From Candidatus Adlerbacteria bacterium (GTDB taxonomy: Bacteria > Patescibacteriota > Minisyncoccia > Phycocordibacterales > SBAW01): DNA of 55,863 nucleotides. The notes below the pieces were generated by a model. The model was not told the DNA's origin. It worked only from the letters and a program-made list of their open reading frames with translations, and searched no databases. This document shows positions 18,513 to 27,018 of the stretch, piece after piece; the first letter of the stretch is position 1, and each line of letters starts with the position of its first letter. Position numbers and translations under genes: made by a program. The stretch lies in contig CAIRHB010000015.1 in NCBI GenBank assembly GCA_903878285.1, forward strand, positions 1-55,863, written 5' to 3'.

Positions 18513-18561
18513 AAAGAAACGAGAGCGGGACACGAGTGCCGTGTGCCTATATCGTACCACA

Positions 18562-19338
18562 CTAGAGGTAGTTGAGCAATCGACCGTAGCCGAGCCAGCC
18601 AAAGAGCTGGTAGCCGAGCTCGGCAAACTCCCCCATCCCGCCAAGGAGCATCACGACGCCGAGCACCACCAGACATACGCCGCCAATAGTCGAGAACACC
18701 TGCAACCGATTACTCCAACGAGCAACGACCTCGCCAGCCTCGCGCAGCAGCATCGCTATGACGAGAAACGGTATGCCGAGACCGAGTGAAAACACAGCAA
18801 GCAAGAGCGCACCTCGCAGAGCAGTCGCCGAGGTGCCCGCGAAGAGAAGTATCGTGCCGAGAATTGGCCCCACACAAGGACTCCACCCGAGCGCGAAGAG
18901 TATGCCGATGAGCAGCGAGCTCTCGGGGCGCCCGATGGTCAGGAAGTGTGGGATATGGAACCGTCGCTCAACAGACACCAAAGGGATTGTCACGACACCG
19001 AGCATCGTGAGCCCAAAGAGTATGATGATCGCCCCAGCAGCGCGAGCGAGCGCATACCGCCACGACCCAACGAGTGCGCCTAGAATGCCAGCACCCATGC
19101 CGAGTAGTATAAAAATAATCGAGAAGCCGAGCACAAACGCGAGCGCGTTCCACAGCACGCGACGGCGAGCCGTCTTGCCGAGATATGTCTCGCCTCGCCC
19201 AGATGTGCCCGCGGCAGGCACGCCCGCGATAAACGCCAAGTAGCCGGGCACGATGGGTAGTGTGCATGGCGCCAAAAACATCAACAGCCCGGCACAGAAC
19301 GCCGCTGGCAGTAGTGTGAACAGATCAGTAGAACTCAT
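18562..19338 (-). CDS. ccdA: Cytochrome c biogenesis/thiol-disulfide transporter CcdA
   Basis: FLAPCTLPIVPGY and WSPCVGPILG Cys motifs. Confidence 0.9.
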   Translation of the reverse strand: MSSTDLFTLLPAAFCAGLLMFLAPCTLPIVPGYLAFIAGVPAAGTSGRGETYLGKTARRRVLWNALAFVLGFSIIFILLGMGAGILGALVGSWRYALARAAGAIIILFGLTMLGVVTIPLVSVERRFHIPHFLTIGRPESSLLIGILFALGWSPCVGPILGTILLFAGTSATALRGALLLAVFSLGLGIPFLVIAMLLREAGEVVARWSNRLQVFSTIGGVCLVVLGVVMLLGGMGEFAELGYQLFGWLGYGRLLNYL

Positions 19339-19718
19339 GCACCAACAATAGCATGTACCGTCTCTGCTATCTCGCCCGGGGTCACGCGCACTTTCTCCAT
19401 CATCTGCACCGCACCGAGCTCTTTACCAAGCGCGATATTCTCCTCCGTTGCGTCGTTTGAAAACAAAAGCACAGGAATCGTCGCTGTGTACGCATCCTTC
19501 TTTAACTGACGCAGGATGGTGAACCCATCCATGTCCGGCATGCGGATATCGAGCAGAATCATGTCTATGTGAGAATTCCTCGATAGCAGACCGAGCGCCA
19601 CCGCGCCACTTGGTGCGTACACACACTCAATACTATCGCGACGCAGGCGCTGCCCCACCACGTCAGAAAACAGGCTGTCATCGTCAATCATCAGTACCGT
19701 AAGCTGTTTTTCTGTCAT
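19335..19718 (-). CDS. Stand-alone response regulator receiver
   Basis: IDDD, LLDIRMPDMDG, conserved K; no output domain. Confidence 0.92.
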   Translation of the reverse strand: MTEKQLTVLMIDDDSLFSDVVGQRLRRDSIECVYAPSGAVALGLLSRNSHIDMILLDIRMPDMDGFTILRQLKKDAYTATIPVLLFSNDATEENIALGKELGAVQMMEKVRVTPGEIAETVHAIVGA

Positions 19719-19769
19719 ATATCGTTATGGTTAGTACCTCTCTATGGTCGCACGACCAAACCCCGCTGT

Positions 19770-21425
19770 CTAGCTTTCTGTCCCCACTCCGGCAATCGCC
19801 GCGTCTCCCACCCTCTGCAGATCAACTGTGAAGGTTGAGCCCTTCCCGGGTGTCGAGCTGACACGGATGGTGCCGTGATGCGCCCCGACAATCGACTTTG
19901 CGATGTACAACCCGTAGCCGGTTGAATGCGCGTTGATAGCGAGCGAGTCTTTGCCGCGCCCACCTTCGGTAAAGAGCTTCTTGTTGTCCTCGGGGGTGAT
20001 GCCAACTCCAGTGTCCGACACCGCAAACCGCGCCACCCCACCCTGCATCGTAATCGCCACACTGACGCTGCCTGCGGGCGTGTACTTGACAGCATTATCA
20101 ACCAAGTTGTAGAGCACGTGCTTGGCCATCTGCACCTTGTCGCCCATAACGATGCACTCGCCTACCCGAGGCGCCGCGAACGAGTACATAAGACGCTTCT
20201 CCTTCGCCGCAGGCTCAAACTCGGCGTACACCTCATGCGCCACCTTGACGAGGTCGAACGGCCGCATCGAATAGCTCACGACACCCTTCTTAAAGTTCGC
20301 TGCGCCGAGGATGTCGCTCACCATGTCGACCCCTTGCTGCATCTCGTCGCGCTCGCGCGTCGCGAGACTCTTGAGCGCGTCCGACACATGCCCGTAGCTC
20401 TCGTCGGCAATCGCGGCGAACCCAACTTGGCTTTTGGTAAAGTATCCCTTCACCTCGTGCGTAATAAAGTGTATCAAGTTCTCCTGATTCTGATTGGCGA
20501 GTTCGAGATTTGCATTAGTTTGTTCGAGTTCCTTTTTTTGCCTCTCGATAAGCTCTCGCTGCTGCTCCTCTTTGATAATACTTCGCACCAGAAAGAACCC
20601 TCCAATGATCGAAAGAGTGAGGATGCTTGCATTAACCACACGATCAGACGGTGTCGAAAATACCGTACGAAATAGGAGCACCGCTAGTAACGCAAATGTT
20701 GCTAGCTCGGCTGAAATTGCCTTAAAGTTAAATAGGTGATGACGCATCACTGCATATCCAATAACCAGCACATACAACATGACAAATATGTTTGCGTATG
20801 GGGGTATCGGGATGCCATACCACAGAAAATAGTTCGTCGAACCACTCACCGACGCAATCACCATCGCGATAAATACAAAGATGATCTGGCGACGTAATAC
20901 TATGTCAGAAGAGTTTCGATACCCAACCACCAGCAGGTAAGTAACGAAACAATTGCAAATAAGCCACATTAGCAAATAGTATGCATACAAAGGTCCTGCT
21001 TTGGGCCAAAACGGAAAAAAGAGGATATTCTTCACGCCATCTATAAACAATGGGGAGAGGGTTGGAGTAAGATCGAAAAACACAAAGACAAGCGATAGCG
21101 CATAAAATAAAAAGAGAAACGATCTTTTGCGGTGTTGTGTACCAATGAGAGAGAAGACAAAATGTAAGTATGTTGGAGCTGTAAAAATAGCACCCACCAT
21201 AAGCAACCGAGCCCAGAGCAACGCGTCCACGGCATCAGTGCTTAGTTGCCAAAGGGCGTACCCGACACTCCACACAGCAACTGCAGATGCAAAGTAGAAA
21301 AAAGATCTGTTTAAAGAAGCGCGCGGATTTTGTATCAAAATAAACAACCCGATACCCATACTTGCCGCGCAATTGATCGCGGCGGAGAGCGCATAGAAGT
21401 CTGTTGAGAAGAAGAAGGTGTTCAT
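19770..21425 (-). CDS. Sensor histidine kinase with N-terminal 7TM (HisKA_7TM-like) domain
   Basis: About 8 hydrophobic segments, H-box THEVK, N-box NLVDNAVKYT, DTGVG, G.GLYI, GKGSTF. Confidence 0.9.
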   Translation of the reverse strand: MNTFFFSTDFYALSAAINCAASMGIGLFILIQNPRASLNRSFFYFASAVAVWSVGYALWQLSTDAVDALLWARLLMVGAIFTAPTYLHFVFSLIGTQHRKRSFLFLFYALSLVFVFFDLTPTLSPLFIDGVKNILFFPFWPKAGPLYAYYLLMWLICNCFVTYLLVVGYRNSSDIVLRRQIIFVFIAMVIASVSGSTNYFLWYGIPIPPYANIFVMLYVLVIGYAVMRHHLFNFKAISAELATFALLAVLLFRTVFSTPSDRVVNASILTLSIIGGFFLVRSIIKEEQQRELIERQKKELEQTNANLELANQNQENLIHFITHEVKGYFTKSQVGFAAIADESYGHVSDALKSLATRERDEMQQGVDMVSDILGAANFKKGVVSYSMRPFDLVKVAHEVYAEFEPAAKEKRLMYSFAAPRVGECIVMGDKVQMAKHVLYNLVDNAVKYTPAGSVSVAITMQGGVARFAVSDTGVGITPEDNKKLFTEGGRGKDSLAINAHSTGYGLYIAKSIVGAHHGTIRVSSTPGKGSTFTVDLQRVGDAAIAGVGTES

Positions 21426-21509
21426 ACTAAACAAGACGGACGCATGACACGATATCTCTATCGTACCATGCGCCCAAAGCGAGTCCACCGTACCTTCCGC
21501 GAAAGAGCT

Positions 21510-22574
21510 CTATTTTTGTGCAGTCACCACGACAAACCCGCGGTTTGGGTCGATCGACTCTCGGAGTACAAGAAACCCCGCACCAGTGACGATGCCCTTA
21601 AACTCCGACACCGTTCGATAGTGCATCGGCATCCAACGAAAGACGTTTTCGATGAACAACCTCTGCAACCAAGAAAGCCAGCGGGGGCTCCTTAAGACAT
21701 TTCCAGTGAGCAGGAAAGAACCCGGCGGCAACGCATCATAAACCGCCGACAAGAATCTGCTAACCTGCTCGTTGGATGGGTAGTCAGGCCAGCCGATGAC
21801 CTCAACAACTACCCTCACCCCACCAGGCAGTCTTCTGACAACCGCAAGGATTGCCTCCTGGACAAGACGCGGCTCCCTTAGATCGAGTCCGTGCATCAGC
21901 TCTACGTCAGAGCGTATGCCGAGATCATTGATCATACTCTTAGCAAGTTCGAGAGGGCGTCTGTACAGATCAGTCAGAAAGACACCTGCACATACAAGAC
22001 CAGACCACCGCTCACCATCCCGCACTCCCCTAAGAAGAGGTCCTGCGGGTCCTGCAGCAAGAGCAATAAAGGCAACGGATTTGTTGCCATTACTGCTGCA
22101 ATCGTGCATGATTCTGGTCACTTCTTGACGTACGCGAGCGGCTCGATTTTGGACAGATGCAATCATGGGAAGAGTGTTCGCCACAAACCACTCAAACCAA
22201 GACAGCGAAGTGCGGATCTCTGCCGACCGAAGTCGGTAGAAAAGTTCCAGCACTTGACCACTAGCAGGGTCATCCTGGACTTGCCTAACCACGTCCGACA
22301 CTCGCCCAATTTTGGGCGGTTTGAAACGATACTTCCTTGACGCAGCTCGCACTCTCTGAGTATAACTTCTTGTGTCCCGTCTGTTTTTTGGACTCCAAGT
22401 GGTATGCTGGACGCCATAGACAAATCGAGCCACAAACGCCCAGATACCGAATATTACATAGACGGGCGCTGATAGTACCCAAACAAACCAAGGCACGGCA
22501 CGAATTTCTACATTGCTCGTTACGGGATCAACAGACCCCGCTTGGGAGCACCGAAGTGCTATCTGTTGATCCAT
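21510..22574 (-). CDS. Class I SAM-dependent methyltransferase-like protein (PhcB/Methyltransf_20-like)
   Basis: SVQNR, ALAAGPAG (motif I variant), TDL, IGWPDY, VYDALPPGSFLLTGN, W.PMHYRT..EF..IV.GAGF; strong AAGGGGG SD. Confidence 0.7.
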   Translation of the reverse strand: MDQQIALRCSQAGSVDPVTSNVEIRAVPWFVWVLSAPVYVIFGIWAFVARFVYGVQHTTWSPKNRRDTRSYTQRVRAASRKYRFKPPKIGRVSDVVRQVQDDPASGQVLELFYRLRSAEIRTSLSWFEWFVANTLPMIASVQNRAARVRQEVTRIMHDCSSNGNKSVAFIALAAGPAGPLLRGVRDGERWSGLVCAGVFLTDLYRRPLELAKSMINDLGIRSDVELMHGLDLREPRLVQEAILAVVRRLPGGVRVVVEVIGWPDYPSNEQVSRFLSAVYDALPPGSFLLTGNVLRSPRWLSWLQRLFIENVFRWMPMHYRTVSEFKGIVTGAGFLVLRESIDPNRGFVVVTAQK

Positions 22575-22648
22575 TAGATCCCCCTTATTTGTTAGATCAG
22601 TCTAACTCGCACAATAACAGAGAAAAGTAAAAAAAGAAAGGGTAGATT

Positions 22649-25198
22649 TTAACGCTGATGCTCTGGCGCGTTGATGAGGCCGCAATTTTTCCACTTTTTG
22701 CCCGAGCCGCAGGGGCACGGGTCGTTGCGCCCGATTGCCGATAGGTCGGGGGCGATGGCGGCGCCTGCCGAGGACGCAGCGAGTGTGATGGTGTTTGACG
22801 GCTGCTCTTTGACCTCGCTCGCGACGGCAGCATCTGCCGCCTGCTTGGTCATTGAGCTGAGGAGTTCGAAGACACGCGCAGCGAGCATCTGCTCCATCTC
22901 CTTATAGATATGCGTGCCCTCGCGGCGATACTCGGTGAGCGGGTCGCGCTGGCCATAGGCACGCAGATTGACCGAGCCGCGCAAGTACTCCATCGACTCG
23001 AGGTGCTCGACCCAGAGCATGTCGAGCACCTGCAGCACCACGGTGCGCGCGGCGGAGAGAAACTCCTCGCGACCAAACTCGGTTTCTTTTTGTAGCAGGA
23101 GTTGCTGGGCAGCAGACGGCTCATCGGTTGATGTCTCGTGCGGTGATACCACGCCAGGCACTGCAGGAGTGTGCGACGAAACAATCGTCGCGAGCTCGGC
23201 GAGCACATCTGCCACATCATCCACCGAGCCAACGAGCGCCTTGCGACGGCGCTCGTACACCGCGCGGCGCTGGCGATCGAGGATATTGTCAAACTCGAGC
23301 ACGTGCTTGCGTGCGTCGAAATTGAACCCTTCGATTTTTGTCTGCGCGCTCTCGAGCGCGCGAGTGACCAGCGAGTTTTGGATCGGCTCATCCTCGGGGA
23401 TGCCGAAGCGCCCCATCAATCCGCGGATGGAGTCCGGAGCAAAGACGCGCATCAGCGTGTCCTCGAGCGAGACAAAAAATTGTGTCTCGCCCGGGTCGCC
23501 CTGTCTACCCGAGCGACCGCGCAGCTGGTTGTCGATGCGGCGCGCCTCGTGTCGCTCGGTACCAAGCACAAAGAGCCCGCCGAGAGCGCGCACCTCGTCT
23601 GCCTCTACCTGTGTCGCGACGGCACCGCCAAGCTTAATGTCGACGCCGCGCCCCGCCATATTGGTCGCGACGGTCACCTTCCCTCGCTTGCCCGCGTCGG
23701 CGACAATCTCGCCCTCGCGCTCGTGGTTCTTTGCATTCAAAATCTCATGCGGCACGCCCTCGCGCTTTAAATATGCCGACAGAAGCTCGTTCTTTTCGAT
23801 CGACACCGTACCCACCAACACAGGCTGCCCTTTGGCATGCAGCTCCTTTACCCTCCGCGCGAGCGCGGCAAACTTCCCCGCCTCGGTCTGGAAGATCCAA
23901 TCAGGATGATCGAGACGCACCACGTCGCGGTTAGTCGGGATCTCGACCACCTCAAGCCCGTATACCTTGTAAAACTCCTCGGACGAGGTCTTGGCAGTAC
24001 CGGTCATGCCTGCGAGCCGCTCGTACAAGCGAAAATAATTTTGATAGGTAATCGAGGCATAGGTGCGCGACTCCTTTTGCACCGCGACTCCTTCCTTCGC
24101 CTCGACCGCCTGGTGCAGCCCCTCGCTCCAACGACGCCCCGGCTGCATGCGGCCAGTAAACTCGTCGACGATAATCACCTCGCCATTTTTAACGACATAC
24201 TCTTTGTCGCGTCGAAAGAGCGCCTGCGCGCGCACCGCGGTCTCGAGGTGGTGCACCTGCTTAATGCCCTTTTCGGTATAGATATTGTCAACGCCGAGGA
24301 TTTTTTCGGCATGTTCGATACCCGCGTCAGTCATCTGGATTGCTTTTTGCTTTTCGTCCACCGTGTAGTCGACGTCAACGTGCATCTGTGCCGCGAGCGC
24401 GGCAAACTGGCGATAGAGATCCTCAGACTCTGCCGCGGGTGCAGAGATAATCAGTGGCGTGCGCGCCTCGTCGATCAGAATAGAGTCGATCTCGTCCACC
24501 ACGGCGAAGTAATGCCCGCGCTGACGCAAGTCGCTCGCACGGTAGGAGATATTATCGCGCAAGTAGTCAAAGCCGAACTCGCTGTTGGTGCCGTAGGTGA
24601 TGTCAGCCTCGTACGCCTGCGCGCGCGTACACGGGCGCAAAAACTCGTGGAAGATGCGGAAGCTCCCCTCCTCGTCGCGGATGGCGTCGTTCTCGTTGTG
24701 TGTCTGGTCGTATAGATAGGACTGGTCGTGGTTGATAACGCCGACAGACATCCCAAGCGCGGCGTACACCTGCCCCATCCACACCGCGTCGCGGCGCGCG
24801 AGGTAGTCGTTGACGGTCACCACGTGCACGCCCTTTGCCATGAGCGCATTCAAATAAGCAGGGAGCGTCGCAACGAGTGTCTTGCCCTCGCCAGTCTTCA
24901 TTTCTGCGATGCCGCGATTATGGAGCACGATGCCGCCGATAAGCTGCACATCAAAGGGGCGCAGCTTGACGGTGCGGCGCGCGCTCTCGCGAACCGCAGC
25001 AAACGCCTCGGGCAGCAAGCTGTCGAGCACCTCGCCAGCCGCAAGTCGCGTGCGGAACTCCTGCGTCTTGCCGCGCAACGTCTCGTCCGAAAGCGCTTGA
25101 TACTCAGGCTCAAACGCGTTAATCGCGGCAACGGTTGCAGCACTCTTTTTAACCAGCGCCGCACCCGAGTCGCCAAACCATTTCGTCAGTGAAAACAT
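22649..25198 (-). CDS. secA: Preprotein translocase SecA
   Basis: MKTGEGKT, DEIDSILIDEARTPLIIS, QLRGRSGRQGDPG, GRNDPCPCGSGKK. Confidence 0.98.
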   Translation of the reverse strand: MFSLTKWFGDSGAALVKKSAATVAAINAFEPEYQALSDETLRGKTQEFRTRLAAGEVLDSLLPEAFAAVRESARRTVKLRPFDVQLIGGIVLHNRGIAEMKTGEGKTLVATLPAYLNALMAKGVHVVTVNDYLARRDAVWMGQVYAALGMSVGVINHDQSYLYDQTHNENDAIRDEEGSFRIFHEFLRPCTRAQAYEADITYGTNSEFGFDYLRDNISYRASDLRQRGHYFAVVDEIDSILIDEARTPLIISAPAAESEDLYRQFAALAAQMHVDVDYTVDEKQKAIQMTDAGIEHAEKILGVDNIYTEKGIKQVHHLETAVRAQALFRRDKEYVVKNGEVIIVDEFTGRMQPGRRWSEGLHQAVEAKEGVAVQKESRTYASITYQNYFRLYERLAGMTGTAKTSSEEFYKVYGLEVVEIPTNRDVVRLDHPDWIFQTEAGKFAALARRVKELHAKGQPVLVGTVSIEKNELLSAYLKREGVPHEILNAKNHEREGEIVADAGKRGKVTVATNMAGRGVDIKLGGAVATQVEADEVRALGGLFVLGTERHEARRIDNQLRGRSGRQGDPGETQFFVSLEDTLMRVFAPDSIRGLMGRFGIPEDEPIQNSLVTRALESAQTKIEGFNFDARKHVLEFDNILDRQRRAVYERRRKALVGSVDDVADVLAELATIVSSHTPAVPGVVSPHETSTDEPSAAQQLLLQKETEFGREEFLSAARTVVLQVLDMLWVEHLESMEYLRGSVNLRAYGQRDPLTEYRREGTHIYKEMEQMLAARVFELLSSMTKQAADAAVASEVKEQPSNTITLAASSAGAAIAPDLSAIGRNDPCPCGSGKKWKNCGLINAPEHQR

Positions 25199-25240
25199 GC
25201 GCGCATACTACCACAAATAGGCGTTTTTTGCTCGGTTTTG

Positions 25241-26596
25241 CTACCGCCCGTTGGCGAAGACTTTTTGGGCGATTGTGTCAAAATCGTAGGATAGTGGGAA
25301 GTGTTGCTCGAACAAATGCATCGCTGGATCAGTGGCATATTCCCCACGCTCCGAGGCAAGATGCATCGCAAGGATCATCTCCTCGGGCTCGCCGACGCAG
25401 TCGAGCGGCTTGAACCCCTCGATACCGAGAATCTGTCGGATGAGCGGCAGCAGATGCTTTTTCGCATACAGGTCAGCACCAAACATCTCGACCACTTCTT
25501 TTTTCGGCAGAAACGCCGCGAAGCAGGCAAACAAGAATACGCATTTTGGGCACTCTCGACACCAGTATGCCCGGCGGCGCAGATGCTGCTCGATGCGCGG
25601 GAGCCAAAAATAAGCGTTGCAGCTCGTGACATGGCGGAGATACTGCGGATAGCCGACAAAGCGCCGTACAATCTCGAGCTCGCTGTACTCGCGCAAGAGC
25701 GACCGCGTCGAGATGTCGGGCGTGATAGAGCACTGAATGTACTCGTTAATCATCTTCTCCGCCTCTGACGATTTGCACCATTGGTGATTGACCTCTAACC
25801 CGAGGTAGGTGAGATTGCCGAAATCGGCGCTGCGCTCGTTGGAGAAAATAATTTCGTTGTAGCCAAGCAACTCTGCGAGTAACGTTGCCACAAACGTAAA
25901 CGTCGAGACCGACGGATATGCACCCGAAATACCACGCACCACCATCCGCACACCGATACGCGGATCGCGACGACGAGTGACCCTGATCGTCTTTGCACCA
26001 ACCAGTGCCGCGATGCGCTCGTGCGCGGGCGTTGGCGCGAATGCAAAAAAGTCGAACAGCGTACCCGCTGCTTTCAGTAGCTCGGCAGAAAGGACAGAGT
26101 CCTTGCCTGCACCATTTAAGAGAAGCGCTCGCCCCCGCTTGCCCGCTGCACGCTCGAACCCATGCGGCTGCGCCCCCGCGCGTACAAGTCGAGCAGGCGT
26201 GGGCGCAACACGAGACGCATCGTAGGGAAAAGCGATCAGGTCGCGGAAATCCATCTGCATGTGGTAGAAAAACTCCCCAAGCCCATGCAGGTACATCTCG
26301 TCCCAAAAGTGCGCCTGCTCCCGCGTGAGTGTAAAGCCTTCGATGCGGATGTTGTGTGTCGGGAAAACGCACCAGTAGTTGATGCCGAGCATCAGTAGCA
26401 GCGCTTGGAGCGTCGGCTCGAGCACCGCCTTGGGCACCTGCTCCCACAACTCTGGCGATATGCCCTCAAAAAAGAGCTGGTCGGTATAGCTCTTTGTTCT
26501 CCCACTCTTGAATCCTACATGATACGTACAAGATACGATTGAACGAGCAGCATCGACTGCGTATGTACCAAACGTAAACGACGATGCTCGCGACAT
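25241..26596 (-). CDS. murL: MurL-like UDP-MurNAc-L-Ala-L-Glu epimerase (PP-loop)
   Basis: GAGKDS, SNERSA, NHQWCKS, SCN, WCRECPKC.F, KPLDCVG motifs. Confidence 0.72.
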   Translation of the reverse strand: MSRASSFTFGTYAVDAARSIVSCTYHVGFKSGRTKSYTDQLFFEGISPELWEQVPKAVLEPTLQALLLMLGINYWCVFPTHNIRIEGFTLTREQAHFWDEMYLHGLGEFFYHMQMDFRDLIAFPYDASRVAPTPARLVRAGAQPHGFERAAGKRGRALLLNGAGKDSVLSAELLKAAGTLFDFFAFAPTPAHERIAALVGAKTIRVTRRRDPRIGVRMVVRGISGAYPSVSTFTFVATLLAELLGYNEIIFSNERSADFGNLTYLGLEVNHQWCKSSEAEKMINEYIQCSITPDISTRSLLREYSELEIVRRFVGYPQYLRHVTSCNAYFWLPRIEQHLRRRAYWCRECPKCVFLFACFAAFLPKKEVVEMFGADLYAKKHLLPLIRQILGIEGFKPLDCVGEPEEMILAMHLASERGEYATDPAMHLFEQHFPLSYDFDTIAQKVFANGR

Positions 26597-26617
26597 GTGC
26601 GCATCATACCATACGAA

Positions 26618-26660
26618 GAAAAAGAAAAACCTTCCGCGCGAGGCGAAAGGTTTTTCTTTC
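26618..26660 (-). terminator. Intrinsic terminator after the small basic peptide
   Basis: AGAAAAACCTT...AAGGTTTTTCT stem followed by TTTTCTT on the minus strand. Confidence 0.7.
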
Positions 26661-26707
26661 GAGAGGAAATCGCTTGCTCTGGCAGAATGCCAAAGGGCGA
26701 TGCCGGG

Positions 26708-26758
26708 TTAGCGGCGCTTCTTTGCTGTCTTCTTTGCTGCTTTCTTTTTTGCTGCCAT
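26708..26758 (-). CDS. 16-aa Lys/Ala-rich peptide MAAKKKAAKKTAKKRR
   Basis: Clean ATG..TAA frame between a promoter with 17-nt spacing and a terminator. Confidence 0.65.
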   Translation of the reverse strand: MAAKKKAAKKTAKKRR

Positions 26759-26863
26759 AGTAGTAGCGACTCGCGTCGCACTTAAGGTGTAGCATCGATC
26801 GACCTTGTTGTTTGAATATCGTTTGATTGATATTCATCGAACACATCTCGATGCTCTGCTATA

Positions 26864-26919
26864 AGTATCACGCATGCGGTCGATAGATACAATGAAAAAA
26901 AATAAAAAACTGTGGATAA
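26864..26919 (-). promoter_or_regulatory. Promoter (TTGTAT-N17-GATACT) with upstream DnaA box TTATCCACA and AT-rich tract
   Basis: -35 at 26887-26892, -10 at 26864-26869, box at 26911-26919, very AT-rich 26890-27010. Confidence 0.6.
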
Positions 26920-27018
26920 CTTTTTTATTTTTAGAAAATTACAAAAATTATTTTGAAAAACTTTTTATATTCTCTAATTTTATTTTTTGAAAAATATTTT
27001 TGTTTGGTTTTTGTACAC

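Noticed and set aside
26890-27010. Replication origin
   Set aside because: AT-rich, but with only one perfect DnaA box and no dnaA/dnaN nearby; better explained as a promoter upstream region.
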